Source of the DNA: Candidatus Giovannonibacteria bacterium
GTDB taxonomy: Bacteria > Patescibacteriota > Minisyncoccia > UBA11713 > 2-01-FULL-45-33
NCBI GenBank assembly: GCA_016176295.1
Contig: JACOXN010000004.1
Location: 6,655 to 70,654, forward strand
DNA: 64,000 nucleotides
Direction of reading: 5' to 3'
The position numbers and the translations under genes were made by a program. How positions within the stretch are numbered: position 1 is the stretch's first letter; the number at the start of each line of letters is the position of its first letter. Positions 30,156 through 40,201 of this stretch are shown here, in pieces. The notes beneath the pieces were generated by a model. The model was given only the letters and a program-made list of their open reading frames with translations, was not told the origin of the DNA and did no database searches.

Positions 30156-31127
30156 TCAGGCGTGTTCATTTAAATATTTAAGAAGATCGGGCAGAGCCTT
30201 CCGAGCCTGCTCTTCGGAACCGAAGGGCGCAGAGCCGACGTACGCATGCCCTCCGCCTCCGTAATTTTTTTCGAGGAACCAGCCGATCTCCGCCGGTTTT
30301 TTCGGGCTGTTCCACGGATTCACGCCGACAGCCAAGATAAAATTTTTCCCGTGGCGGACGAGCCTGACCGAGTAATTGGCTTTGGTATAAAAATAGTACG
30401 GCGCGAAGCGGATGCCTATCAATTTTCTTTCCAAATTTTCAATGAAAATAGTATTACCTCTGATTTCCAGTTTTTCTTTCATCTTCTGCAGAGATTCATC
30501 GAACTTTTTTTTGCATGTTAGAAAACCTTTTTTAACCCAGGGCAGGTCCACGGCATCCGCCAGCGATTTTTTGCTCAATGTATTGATAAGCTGTTTTTGC
30601 CGGCTGCGGGATATATTGTTTTCATTATCGAGAAAAAAGCCGATCTTTAAAGCCGGATATTTTAATTCAAGCAGATCCTTTACGGAAATTTGCTTCGGGT
30701 TGACGCGGTCCAGAATATCGCTCCACTTGGTCATTTCCCGAAGCCGAGCCGGTATCTTGGACCTTGCGGCCCCCGAAAGCGAGCTTAAGATAAGCCCCGC
30801 GCATGACGGCCTTGCCGGGTCGAACACATGCAGCTTTGCATCATCCAAATTTTTTCCGGCGGGTTTATATGAACCGGCCCATTCGCTGTCGATGAACGTA
30901 GTATCGTGATGGTCGAACCAGATCTTCGCCCCGGGATGATAAAGAATATCCACGATGGCAGATGTTTTTTTTAATTTCTCGCCTTTCCACCAGTTCTTAT
31001 CAACGGGGTGCTGGAGTGGAATGTAACGGGCGAAATCATCTCCCCGCAAATTTAAAAAATATTTAAGAACAGCCGCCGATACGGTCCCATCCAAGCAATT
31101 TTCATGATAATAAATGTCGTATTTCAT
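30156..31127 (-). CDS. DHH/DHHA1 phosphoesterase (nanoRNase-like)
   Basis: YHENCLDG, FDHH, GGGH. Confidence 0.88.
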   Translation of the reverse strand: MKYDIYYHENCLDGTVSAAVLKYFLNLRGDDFARYIPLQHPVDKNWWKGEKLKKTSAIVDILYHPGAKIWFDHHDTTFIDSEWAGSYKPAGKNLDDAKLHVFDPARPSCAGLILSSLSGAARSKIPARLREMTKWSDILDRVNPKQISVKDLLELKYPALKIGFFLDNENNISRSRQKQLINTLSKKSLADAVDLPWVKKGFLTCKKKFDESLQKMKEKLEIRGNTIFIENLERKLIGIRFAPYYFYTKANYSVRLVRHGKNFILAVGVNPWNSPKKPAEIGWFLEKNYGGGGHAYVGSAPFGSEEQARKALPDLLKYLNEHA

Positions 31128-31936
31128 ATTAAGTAGCCGATCTGCCGCAGCCAATAATCATTTTCCCATTCCCAGAGAGTTTTTGCCGCGAGAAAAGCCT
31201 TAATGTCGCGGTACGGGTAAGGAAACTCTCGAAGCTCAACCACGCCTTTCGTCGGGCCCCAGAAGTGGTCCCCGTGCGCCGACCCGCAATTTTTGGCCGG
31301 AGCCGCATTCCTTCCCTGCCAGGCCGTCCTCACCTTATTGCGGCCGCCTTTTTCCCGCAGAGTGGAGCCGCACCGCATACAATTTTTAACCTGGTCTACC
31401 CTCAAGATCCAGCGAGTCTGGATATCTTTGGGAAGAGCAAGAGAGTTTTTTACTTCGCGCTCCTGCAAAGCCAGAACGTAAGCCGCCGTCTGCAGATTGT
31501 AGTCGGAATAAAACCCCGTAGAGGTCTTGATATCCAGCACGCCGAACTTTCCGTCTATTGAAGCGAGAGCGTCCACCGTGCCGGAATATTTGTGGATACC
31601 TGACCAAATAGAGCGCTCCACGAATTCAGGATGAAAAAAAATATTCCTAGTTTTGTTAAATTCCTCGAAAGCCTCCACCACGGGCCGCATTTCTTCAGTA
31701 ACCATGTAGGGCTCCCCCACGGCGGTCTTCTGGATAGCTTCGTGGACTCTTGTCCCTTCTTCCGCCGAGCGCATTTTGACCTCTTCCGCGGCGGCGTAGG
31801 ACTCCATCTCTTTCATAAACATATCAATGGCCGGTTTTGATTTTATGGACAAAATTTTCGTGACACGCGGAAACCACTGGCCATTTACATTGTGCCCCGA
31901 TTCTTTCATAAATTGTTCAGCGTCCCTGTACCACAT
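31124..31936 (-). CDS. PD-(D/E)XK exonuclease-like protein
   Basis: PRVTKIL, GTRVH, SGTVD...DIKT, QTAAY. Confidence 0.85.
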   Translation of the reverse strand: MWYRDAEQFMKESGHNVNGQWFPRVTKILSIKSKPAIDMFMKEMESYAAAEEVKMRSAEEGTRVHEAIQKTAVGEPYMVTEEMRPVVEAFEEFNKTRNIFFHPEFVERSIWSGIHKYSGTVDALASIDGKFGVLDIKTSTGFYSDYNLQTAAYVLALQEREVKNSLALPKDIQTRWILRVDQVKNCMRCGSTLREKGGRNKVRTAWQGRNAAPAKNCGSAHGDHFWGPTKGVVELREFPYPYRDIKAFLAAKTLWEWENDYWLRQIGYLI

Positions 31937-32003
31937 GAAGAATATATTAGCTTAAAAATCTTCTATACACAAATAAAAAAGCGGCGATTATGCCGCTTGT
32001 GTT

Positions 32004-33011
32004 TCATGCGCCTGAATTATTTGACCGGATGCGTCTTTGTTCTTTCATGAGTTTGTTCTCGGCAATCGCCAAAGTCCAATAAAGTTTTGACTCTTCCGGC
32101 GAGAGCCTTTTTTCTTCCAAAAACAGTAAGGCGTCATCGACCCCGTAACAATTAAAAATATTCTCTGTGTCGAGCAACACGGAAATTTCATTTGGGAACA
32201 GATGACGCTCATGGCAAGCAGGGAAATTACCGACAAAAAACTTTTTTTTCTCCGCCTGGGCAGCGTGGATGACATAGTGCGGATATGGCGCTTCAGAACT
32301 GGCGAACTGCTCAGCACTAACGGCATATCGCCAGTGTGACGCTTCGGACCTGTTCACGAAGAACCTAAAGCCTTTTTGATATAAATCACTCAACTTATGC
32401 ATATCTCCATGGGTAAACCCAAAAACAGTTTCGTCCTCGGGTCTAAAAAGACTTACATGGGTTGCCCCAACTTCTGGCGCTCCTGAAACCTGAAATCTAT
32501 ATTTTTCGTCCGAATATTTGACCACAAAGAGCCCGGTTCCGGTATACGCATAGTCCGTTTTGGAACAATCCGCCAACCCGACATATTCGGTATTTCGGTC
32601 ATCGTCCAGTTTACGCAAAAGACCTTTGGTTTGGGTGTATTTTGAAGCCAGTATTGAAGTGGTTGTATTGAACAGTAAGATTTTTACTCCCAGCATTCCG
32701 GACAGTATATCGCGTTGCGCCATTATGCGGTGGATCACTTTTTCCTGGTTTTCAGAAAGCTCATTTACTGGAATATTGCGAGCCCCCGAATGGCCGCCTC
32801 TGCGACGAAGCGTATACCCCCAACTACCCGGCGCAAAAACTTCAAGCTCGACATCTCTTTTGTTGTTATCTCCGCCGTCCTCGAGCCTGTGGCCAAAAAT
32901 ATGACCATTGGAAGCAATAGTAAACACTAAAGTTCCTTTTTCCGTTTGTAGATATGGAATATTCTCCACTTCCACAACGGCTTTTGCCTGTAAAACTCCT
33001 GTAAACTCCAT
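32004..33011 (-). CDS. Hypothetical protein
   Basis: 335-aa ORF, GAGGTG SD, downstream terminator-like hairpin at 31975-32003. Confidence 0.75.
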   Translation of the reverse strand: MEFTGVLQAKAVVEVENIPYLQTEKGTLVFTIASNGHIFGHRLEDGGDNNKRDVELEVFAPGSWGYTLRRRGGHSGARNIPVNELSENQEKVIHRIMAQRDILSGMLGVKILLFNTTTSILASKYTQTKGLLRKLDDDRNTEYVGLADCSKTDYAYTGTGLFVVKYSDEKYRFQVSGAPEVGATHVSLFRPEDETVFGFTHGDMHKLSDLYQKGFRFFVNRSEASHWRYAVSAEQFASSEAPYPHYVIHAAQAEKKKFFVGNFPACHERHLFPNEISVLLDTENIFNCYGVDDALLFLEEKRLSPEESKLYWTLAIAENKLMKEQRRIRSNNSGA

Positions 33012-33208
33012 AAAACACCTCTTTCTACAGTAAGGTGGTTACTGTCGGTTGAGAGCCTGCGGTTACCCGCAAACTAACATATTCCTTTGCTTCTACAGAG
33101 AAAGGATTTATCTGTCAAACCCGCCCAAGATCACTGCACACAACTTTCTCGAAACGGGGTACTGCACATAAATTAGTAACAAAATAACATTGATTAGTCA
33201 ACGCCTTC

Positions 33209-33312
33209 ACCTCACCCCTCGCTGAAGCGAGACCCTCTCCTTTGCAAGGAGAGGTTAGATTGTGTTGATATGTTCCCTTCTCCTTACGAAGGAGAAGAGA
33301 TAGGGAAGAGGT
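33209..33312. repeat. REP-like hairpin doublet
   Basis: CCTCTCCTTTGCAAGGAGAGG and CTTCTCCTTACGAAGGAGAAG. Confidence 0.7.
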
Positions 33313-33313
33313 T

Positions 33314-34417
33314 TTATTTTCTTTTCCTCAACGCTTCGATGCCGGGAAGAGTGCCTTTGGCCAAAAATTCCAGCATCGCGCCCCCGCCCGTGGAAATAAA
33401 ATCAAAGTTTTTTTCGAGCCCAAGCCGGAAGAGCGCGGCCACGGTATCGCCGCCGCCGGCAATGCGATACGCGCGCGAGTTTCCCAGGGCTTTTGCGAAT
33501 TCTTTCGTACCAAAGTCAAAACCGCCCTCGCAGAAACCCAGCGTGCCGTTCCAGAGAATAAATTTAGCGGAAAGTGCTTTTTCGGCAAGTTTCTTTAGGG
33601 TTTCCGGCCCGGCGTCATATATCAGGTCGCCGTTCTTTACATACTCGAGCCGCGAAGAAAATTTATCTTTACCCCTCAAAACATAGACATCCATAGGAAG
33701 CAATGTTTTTTTATTGTTCAGGATGTTTTCAGGTATCTTAACGTTCTCGGTTTCGGAATTGCCCACGTAAAAACCCCTCTGCTTCAAAAAGGTGTTGGCC
33801 AAAGCCCCCCCCACAAAAACCGTATCGGCTTTTTTTAAAAATTTAACTATCAGCGGCTCTTTGGTCTCAAATTTTTTCCCGGCCAGAACAAAAAGGAAAG
33901 GCTTTGCGGGGCGGAACGATTTGGAAAGGTTCTTCACTTCCTTTTCCATCACAGGCCCCATGAAAGAAGGGAGAAATTTGGTAATGCCGACAATCGAAGC
34001 ATGGCTTCTGTGCGCGGCGGAAAAAGCGTCATTTACAAATACATCCCCCCATTCCGACAACTTTTTCGCAAAGCCCGAATCATTCTTCTCTTCCCCCTCG
34101 TTCAGCCTTATATTGTCGAATAAAATTATTTTTTCCTTATGCGAAAGTGACGGGCTGGCAAGCTCGCCTTTCAAAAATTTTACTTTTATTCCCAGCTCTT
34201 TTGTCAGTTTTTTATGCAAAACATCGAGATGGGGTACTTCGTCATCCTTTTGCAGATGCGATATCAAAAATATTTGAGCACGCGCTTTTAAAAGCGACTT
34301 TATAGTCGGAATATGCGCCCGCACGCGAAAATCATCGGCAATCTTTCCGTTCTTTAAGGGCACATTGAAATCAACTCTCAAGAGCACCCTCTTTCCTTTG
34401 AATCTGCGAAAGTCCAT
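33314..34417 (-). CDS. pgk: Phosphoglycerate kinase
   Basis: RVDFNVP, NDAFSAAHR, GGGDT, STGGGA. Confidence 0.96.
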   Translation of the reverse strand: MDFRRFKGKRVLLRVDFNVPLKNGKIADDFRVRAHIPTIKSLLKARAQIFLISHLQKDDEVPHLDVLHKKLTKELGIKVKFLKGELASPSLSHKEKIILFDNIRLNEGEEKNDSGFAKKLSEWGDVFVNDAFSAAHRSHASIVGITKFLPSFMGPVMEKEVKNLSKSFRPAKPFLFVLAGKKFETKEPLIVKFLKKADTVFVGGALANTFLKQRGFYVGNSETENVKIPENILNNKKTLLPMDVYVLRGKDKFSSRLEYVKNGDLIYDAGPETLKKLAEKALSAKFILWNGTLGFCEGGFDFGTKEFAKALGNSRAYRIAGGGDTVAALFRLGLEKNFDFISTGGGAMLEFLAKGTLPGIEALRKRK

Positions 34418-34418
34418 T

Positions 34419-35168
34419 TTATATATCGTTCACTTTTTTGATAATAGAGGCGAATTTAACCGTGTTCAGGCTTGCTCCGCCGACCAAAAGGCCGTCCACG
34501 CGTCCGTGGCTGACAAAATCAGCCGCGTTTTTTTCGTCCACCGATCCGCCGTAAAGGACCGGAATTTGCGATGATATTTTTTTCCCGAACATGCCGAAGA
34601 GTTCCCTCCTGATGAGCGTGGACATTTCAAATACGTTTTGCGGGCTCTCCGGTTTGCCTGTGCCTACTGCCCAGACAGGCTCATAAGCGATGACTACTTT
34701 CCCCAGCAATTTCCTGGAAATCCCTTTCAACGCCGAGCCAAGTTCCTCTCTCACGGAAGGAGGAAAAGCTACTTCTTTTGCGCGATCCTTTTCGCCGACG
34801 CAAAGCACCGCGCAAAGCCCCTCGGACAAAACGGATTTAAACTTTTTTCGAACTATTTCATTGGTATCCCCCAGCGCGCGCCTTTCGGAATGCCCGACAA
34901 TGACGTATTTCACTCCTATGGATTTTAATTGGACCGCGGATATCTCGCCGGTGCTCTTCCCGGCACGCTCCCAAAAAGCATCCTGCGCGCCGAGCTTCGC
35001 TTTTTCGATGAGGCGGTTTACGGAATCTAAAAACACGAATGGCGGAGTCAGCACAACTTCCACGTTTCTTGCGGTCGAAGCGCTTTTATCCTCTTCTTTT
35101 GTTATACGCACAGCCTCGCGAAACGAACCAGGATTCATTTTCCAATTGGCGATAATCAGCTTTTTCAT
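34419..35168 (-). CDS. tpiA: Triosephosphate isomerase
   Basis: NWKMN, GHSERR, AYEPVWA, LYGGSV, LVGGAS. Confidence 0.97.
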   Translation of the reverse strand: MKKLIIANWKMNPGSFREAVRITKEEDKSASTARNVEVVLTPPFVFLDSVNRLIEKAKLGAQDAFWERAGKSTGEISAVQLKSIGVKYVIVGHSERRALGDTNEIVRKKFKSVLSEGLCAVLCVGEKDRAKEVAFPPSVREELGSALKGISRKLLGKVVIAYEPVWAVGTGKPESPQNVFEMSTLIRRELFGMFGKKISSQIPVLYGGSVDEKNAADFVSHGRVDGLLVGGASLNTVKFASIIKKVNDI

Positions 35169-35228
35169 GTGATTATTTTAGCACAAACAAAAAAGCCGAT
35201 GAAGCGGTATAGCTCCATCGGCTTTTTC

Positions 35229-36377
35229 TTATTGAACAGCTGCGAAAGCATTCATTAATCCCCAGCCGTAGAGGCTGTCGAACCCAGCGTCTCCCAAATC
35301 AAGAGCAGTTGATTGAATTTTAGTTTTCACTTCTTCCGGATCCCATTTGCCGTTCGCGTTGGCATCATTTACCCCCACGAGAGAACTCAAAACCAAAGCA
35401 ACAGAGCCTGTGACATGCGGGGTCGCCATGGACGTACCGGACAATGTCGCATAACCTGTTCCTTTGTAAGTGGAATAAATTCCGACACCGGGAGCGGCAA
35501 TATCTACTTCGGGCCCGCGGGAAGACCAGCCGGCCAAAATATTATTTTGGTCGGTTGCCGAAACCGCGATTACTTCCGGATAAGCGGCCGGATAAATTAC
35601 CGAACCGCCGGAGTTTCCGGCCGCAGCCACTATCACGACGCCGGCATTATACGCGTTCGTCACGGCGGTATGCATAGCCGAAATATCCGATGTTGAACCC
35701 AAACTTAGGTTTATGACATTCATCCCGTTGGTTCTCGCCCAATCAATGCCTTCAATTACGTCCGAAATATATCCGGAACCGTTCGCATTCAGAACTTTTA
35801 TAGCGTAAAGGTCCGCGAAGGGAGCGGCTCCCACCACTCCGTAAGCGTCATTTATCGCGGCAATGATCCCCGCGACATGCGAACCGTGGCCGTTGTCGTC
35901 ATTCCAGCTTTTTTTACGATTGATGGCGTTGTATCCTCCTTTGATATTGGCTTTAAGTTCCGGATGCGATGAAGAGATGCCCGTGTCTATAACTCCGACT
36001 TTGACCGTGTCGCCGGTGTTCCCCAGGGACCAGACATTTTCAGCGTCCACGCGGTCAATACCCCAAGGCAAAACCTGCAGAGCGGCAGCGCGCAACGCCT
36101 GCGTCGTAACTATGGCATCATCCTCAACGCTCAAAACTCCCGGTTCATTTTTTAAAGCCTCCGCGTCTTTCTTTGAAAGATTCGCGACCTTCCCGTTTAC
36201 AATATTTAGATCTTTAACTGAAACACCATTATGCATCCGCAATATTTTTTCAGATTGGGAATAATGGCCTTTATCAAAAACGACTATTTTTCTCTCGGAC
36301 TTGTCCGAAGCGACGGCCGTAAAAGCGGCCAAAGCCACTAAACTTGCGAGCACCACTGTCCATGTATTTTTTTTCAT
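35229..36377 (-). CDS. Secreted subtilisin-like S8 protease
   Basis: DTG, HGSHVAG, GTSMATPH; signal peptide and propeptide. Confidence 0.95.
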   Translation of the reverse strand: MKKNTWTVVLASLVALAAFTAVASDKSERKIVVFDKGHYSQSEKILRMHNGVSVKDLNIVNGKVANLSKKDAEALKNEPGVLSVEDDAIVTTQALRAAALQVLPWGIDRVDAENVWSLGNTGDTVKVGVIDTGISSSHPELKANIKGGYNAINRKKSWNDDNGHGSHVAGIIAAINDAYGVVGAAPFADLYAIKVLNANGSGYISDVIEGIDWARTNGMNVINLSLGSTSDISAMHTAVTNAYNAGVVIVAAAGNSGGSVIYPAAYPEVIAVSATDQNNILAGWSSRGPEVDIAAPGVGIYSTYKGTGYATLSGTSMATPHVTGSVALVLSSLVGVNDANANGKWDPEEVKTKIQSTALDLGDAGFDSLYGWGLMNAFAAVQ

Positions 36378-36441
36378 ACTTACTTTTTTTATTTTATTAA
36401 TAATTATTTTTAAACCTTATTTCATTAAAATACAGTGAAAC

Positions 36442-37293
36442 CTATACCTTTGTCAATACCTCCGAACCATTTTTTGTTACCACCAGTGTGTGCTCGAAAT
36501 GCGCGGCAATTGAACCGTCGAAAGTAAGCCAAGTCCAACCGTCGGGGGCAAGCTTCACTCTGTAATGTCCCTGGGCGGCCATTGGCTCAATGGCTATCAC
36601 AAGACCCTCCTGAAGCTTAACACCGCTTCCGCGGTTCCCCCAATTCGGGATTTCAGGCTCTTCATGCACAGCTTTCCCTACACCATGACCCACAAGCTCC
36701 CGTACCACACCGAAACCTTCCTTTTCCAGATGACTCTGCACCGCAAAACCGATATCGCCGGTTTTAACTCCGGCTTTAACTTCGCGAATGCCGAGTTCGA
36801 GAGCTTTTTTGGTGGCAGCAACAAGTCTGAGAGCGGAATCTTTTGGATGAAAATTCTGGGTGGGGGCGGCCGCCGCGGAATTCAATTCAGACTTATTCCG
36901 CGGTGGGGCTAAAGAATTTTCAGACAAAAGATTCCATTCTCCAACAATCACGGTTTTAGCCGTATCCGTACAATATCCGTCGAACCACATGCCGATATCC
37001 AAACCAACAACGTCCCCTTTGCCTAAAATTCTTACGGAAGGAATACCGTGGACCACTTCGTCGTTCACTGAAACGCACAAAGAGGCGGGATATTTGGAAG
37101 AAGCCATATAAGCTTTGTATCCTTTGAAAGATGGCGTGCCGCCGGAGCGCAAGATAAGACACTCGGCCAGCTCGTCCAGTTCCATGGTTCTGACACCGGG
37201 CTTCACCGTCTTCACCACATCATTCAAAACGGCGGCCAGTTTTCTGCCGCCCTCCCGTAAAATATGGAGTTCTTTGTCGTTCTTTATTATCAC
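36442..37293 (-). CDS. map: Methionine aminopeptidase with ~33-aa palindromic insertion
   Basis: VVHGIP, GHGVG..HEEP, AIEPM, AHFEHT. Confidence 0.96.
   Translation of the reverse strand: MIIKNDKELHILREGGRKLAAVLNDVVKTVKPGVRTMELDELAECLILRSGGTPSFKGYKAYMASSKYPASLCVSVNDEVVHGIPSVRILGKGDVVGLDIGMWFDGYCTDTAKTVIVGEWNLLSENSLAPPRNKSELNSAAAAPTQNFHPKDSALRLVAATKKALELGIREVKAGVKTGDIGFAVQSHLEKEGFGVVRELVGHGVGKAVHEEPEIPNWGNRGSGVKLQEGLVIAIEPMAAQGHYRVKLAPDGWTWLTFDGSIAAHFEHTLVVTKNGSEVLTKV
36835..36935. repeat. Palindromic element family A, coding copy within map
   Basis: GGAATCTTTTG/CAAAAGATTCC terminal stem; homologous to 8649-8766. Confidence 0.88.
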
Positions 37294-37961
37294 AAACCCA
37301 AAGCTTTTATGATGTCTTTGTGGACATCTTCGATCGGCTGCTCTCCGTTGATTGTAACAATATTGTGCAGCCCCTCGATAAATTTAACAGCCGGCATTGT
37401 TTTATTGGCGTATTCATCGGTCCTCATTTGAAGCACTTCTTTATTGTCGAGATCCCGCGGCTCCAAAACACCGTCGCCCTCGGGGCAAGGGGTTCCGGGC
37501 ATAAAAGATTCGGAGCGCACATAAATATGTCTGCTGTCAAAATTGCAGGTGAGCCGTTTTTCGACTCTTTTTTTGAACTCGCCTTCGCTGATATCTATTA
37601 AAAATACGTAAATATTTTCTTTACCCAAAAATTTGACGACTTCGGGGAAAACAGCCTGGGCTTCGCACAACGTTCGCGGCGTGCCGTCGTATATAATACC
37701 TTTGGCTGTTTTGATGATTTCTCCGGTCTTTTCCAAAACCATGTGCGACGTCCATTCGGCTTCAAAAAGTTTTCCGGACTTGTAAAGCTCCACTTGCCGC
37801 TTCGTATCTGCGTCGTCGTGTGTTTTTATGTACTCCTTGCCTTCCCGGCTCGTGGTGAAATGATAAAAGCCGACCTTATCCGCCAAAAGCTTGGCCTGCG
37901 TTCCTTTGCCTGAAGCCGGCCGCCCAAAAAGAAAAATAGCGACTTTTTTATCCGTAGTCAT
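37290..37961 (-). CDS. adk: Adenylate kinase
   Basis: GRPASGKGTQA, DGTPRT; lies between secY and map. Confidence 0.93.
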   Translation of the reverse strand: MTTDKKVAIFLFGRPASGKGTQAKLLADKVGFYHFTTSREGKEYIKTHDDADTKRQVELYKSGKLFEAEWTSHMVLEKTGEIIKTAKGIIYDGTPRTLCEAQAVFPEVVKFLGKENIYVFLIDISEGEFKKRVEKRLTCNFDSRHIYVRSESFMPGTPCPEGDGVLEPRDLDNKEVLQMRTDEYANKTMPAVKFIEGLHNIVTINGEQPIEDVHKDIIKALGL

Positions 37962-37995
37962 ACTTTATTATACTCAGGCAGAAAAATTTTTCAAA

Positions 37996-39258
37996 TTAGC
38001 TGTAGGTGCGGAGGGAAAGCTGGGCTTCCACTTGTTTCGCGGTTTCCAAAACTACGGATACGACGATGAGGAGCGCGGTGCCTCCGATGGTCAGAGCAGA
38101 GAGACCGCTCAACGCCTGAATTATGAGCGGCAAGACGGCGATGATGCCGAGAAAAATAGCTCCGATGAGGACAATATGGCTTACTATTTTGTGGAGATAC
38201 ATCGAAGTAGAAGGGCCCGGACGAACACCGGGGATGAATGCGCCTGATTTTTGCAGATTATTCGAAATAGCTTCCGGATCGAAAGTAACCGCAGTATAAA
38301 AATACGTAAAAAGCACGACAAGAATGAAATACGCCGAAGCATACGCCCAGGAGTTGCCGAGGAAATTAAGTACAATAGAAGAAACCCCCTGCAAAAATGT
38401 GTTCGCAGAAGTGGCAAAATAACTCGCTATCATCTGCGGAAACAACAAAATGGAAAGCGCGAAAATTATAGGGATAACGCCAGCCTGGTTGACCCTCAAA
38501 GGAAGATACGTGGATGAACCGCCGTACATGCGCATCCCCCGCACGCGCTTGGCGTAATAGACCGGAATGGGACGCTCTCCTTCGCTGATTATTACCACCG
38601 CCGCAACCGTAATAAGCGCCACCACCACGAAGGAAATGATGCTTGGAAGCTGTGAAGGGTCGTAGGAAATGATTGTTTGTCGGACTGTCGTCGGAAACCG
38701 GGAAACTATACCTGCGAATATCATGACGGATACGCCATTGCCTATGCCATATTCGGAAATAAGCTCACCAAGCCACATGAGAAAGACAGAGCCTGCCGCC
38801 ACAATAATGACGTCCCCTATTTTCTCCGAAAAAGTAAGACTCAAAATACCCTGCCTTTCCAAAATGGTAAGCAGACCGAAACCCTGAAGAAGCGCGAGAG
38901 GCACCGTAAGCAATCGGGAAAACTGGTTAAATTTCTGCCGTCCCGCTTCGCCCTCCTCTTGATACATTTCTTTAAGCGCCGGGAAAATCATGGTCAAAAG
39001 CTGCATGATAATAGAGCCCGTAATGTACGGCCCCACTCCCAACATAACAATAGAAAGATTGTCCAAAACTCCTCCCGAAAACAGGTTGAGCAATCCGAAA
39101 ATCTGGTTTTGCGCGAAAAATTCGCGAAGTTTGGCGGCATCTATGCCCGGAACCGGAATTGCGGCGGTCAATCTGAAAATCGCAAGGAACGCAAAAAGGA
39201 ACAGAACTTTTTTTCTCAAATCCGGGTCGCTATAGAAAAGTTTTATTTTCCCCCACAT
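37996..39258 (-). CDS. secY: Preprotein translocase SecY
   Basis: LGVGPYITGSII, GIGNG, GVIPIIFA, PGVRPG. Confidence 0.98.
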   Translation of the reverse strand: MWGKIKLFYSDPDLRKKVLFLFAFLAIFRLTAAIPVPGIDAAKLREFFAQNQIFGLLNLFSGGVLDNLSIVMLGVGPYITGSIIMQLLTMIFPALKEMYQEEGEAGRQKFNQFSRLLTVPLALLQGFGLLTILERQGILSLTFSEKIGDVIIVAAGSVFLMWLGELISEYGIGNGVSVMIFAGIVSRFPTTVRQTIISYDPSQLPSIISFVVVALITVAAVVIISEGERPIPVYYAKRVRGMRMYGGSSTYLPLRVNQAGVIPIIFALSILLFPQMIASYFATSANTFLQGVSSIVLNFLGNSWAYASAYFILVVLFTYFYTAVTFDPEAISNNLQKSGAFIPGVRPGPSTSMYLHKIVSHIVLIGAIFLGIIAVLPLIIQALSGLSALTIGGTALLIVVSVVLETAKQVEAQLSLRTYS

Positions 39259-39696
39259 TTATTTTGTTTTTTCTATTTTACTTTTGGCAGTCTGAGAAAC
39301 AAGAAAATCTTTATCGAAAGAAAGTTTTTTCGTAAGCTCGCCTCCGCCTAATATCTTAACTTTGATGTTCTTTCCCTTGGGAACCACGATGAGGCCGGCT
39401 CGGCCCAGACTTTCGGGCGTAACTTTCTCGCCCGCGTTGAATTTTTTCTCTATATCCGCAAGATTAACCACCAATGGCTTTACGCGGTATGCGGCCGAGG
39501 AAGCGCTCACGTTCCTTCCATGCCCCCTTCTCTTGTGTATCTTTTTGATGATATCACGGATCTGCGGGCGAATCCTGTGCCCGGAGCGCGCCTTCTGCCC
39601 TTTAATGCCGTGCCCCGAATAAGAGCCGCGTTTGCCTCCCCGGCCGACGCGCCTTTTTGTTCTTCCTATTGATTTCGGTAGATCGTGAACCTGCAT
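39259..39696 (-). CDS. rplO: 50S ribosomal protein L15
   Basis: RVGRGGKRG..KGQKARSG; synteny. Confidence 0.94.
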   Translation of the reverse strand: MQVHDLPKSIGRTKRRVGRGGKRGSYSGHGIKGQKARSGHRIRPQIRDIIKKIHKRRGHGRNVSASSAAYRVKPLVVNLADIEKKFNAGEKVTPESLGRAGLIVVPKGKNIKVKILGGGELTKKLSFDKDFLVSQTAKSKIEKTK

Positions 39697-39701
39697 ATTT
39701 T

Positions 39702-40184
39702 TTATTTATTAGTTTCTACGCGCTTAAGGGTAAGTTTTTTTAAAGCGTCCATGGTAGCCCTGGCATTGTTTACTTTGTTCTTGGTCCTCGAAAGCGCTTT
39801 GGCGCTCGCATTCTCTACTCCGGCCAGCATCAGAACCGACCTGGAAGCTCCCCCGGCCACGAGACCTTTTCCCGCCTTGGCCGGCTTTAAAATAATGGAA
39901 GCGCTGCCGAATTTCGCGCTGACCTCATGCGGAATGGATTTGAATTTGTTCAAAGGAACCATGATGGCTTCTTTGCGCGCCGCGCGAAAAGCCTTCTCGA
40001 TGGACTGGGCTGTATCGGAAGCTTTGCCCAAACCCACACCCACTTCCCCCTTCCTGTTGCCCACGACCAAAGTCGCACGGAATGAAAAGCGCCTGCCTCC
40101 CGCCACTACTCTCGCTACGCGCCTAAGATCGATCAGTTTCTGGTCGTACTCGCTTTTTGGTCTAGGTTGTCTTTGTGGTCTCAT
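39702..40184 (-). CDS. rpsE: 30S ribosomal protein S5
   Basis: RVARVVAGGRRFSF. Confidence 0.97.
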   Translation of the reverse strand: MRPQRQPRPKSEYDQKLIDLRRVARVVAGGRRFSFRATLVVGNRKGEVGVGLGKASDTAQSIEKAFRAARKEAIMVPLNKFKSIPHEVSAKFGSASIILKPAKAGKGLVAGGASRSVLMLAGVENASAKALSRTKNKVNNARATMDALKKLTLKRVETNK

Positions 40185-40201
40185 AAAATATTTTTATAAA
40201 A

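Noticed and set aside
31124-31936. Cas4 or prophage gene
   Set aside because: No Cas4-type cysteine arrangement and no cas or phage neighbours.
39690-39710. Missing rpmD (L30) as a novelty
   Set aside because: Loss of L30 is a known CPR feature; used only as taxonomic evidence.
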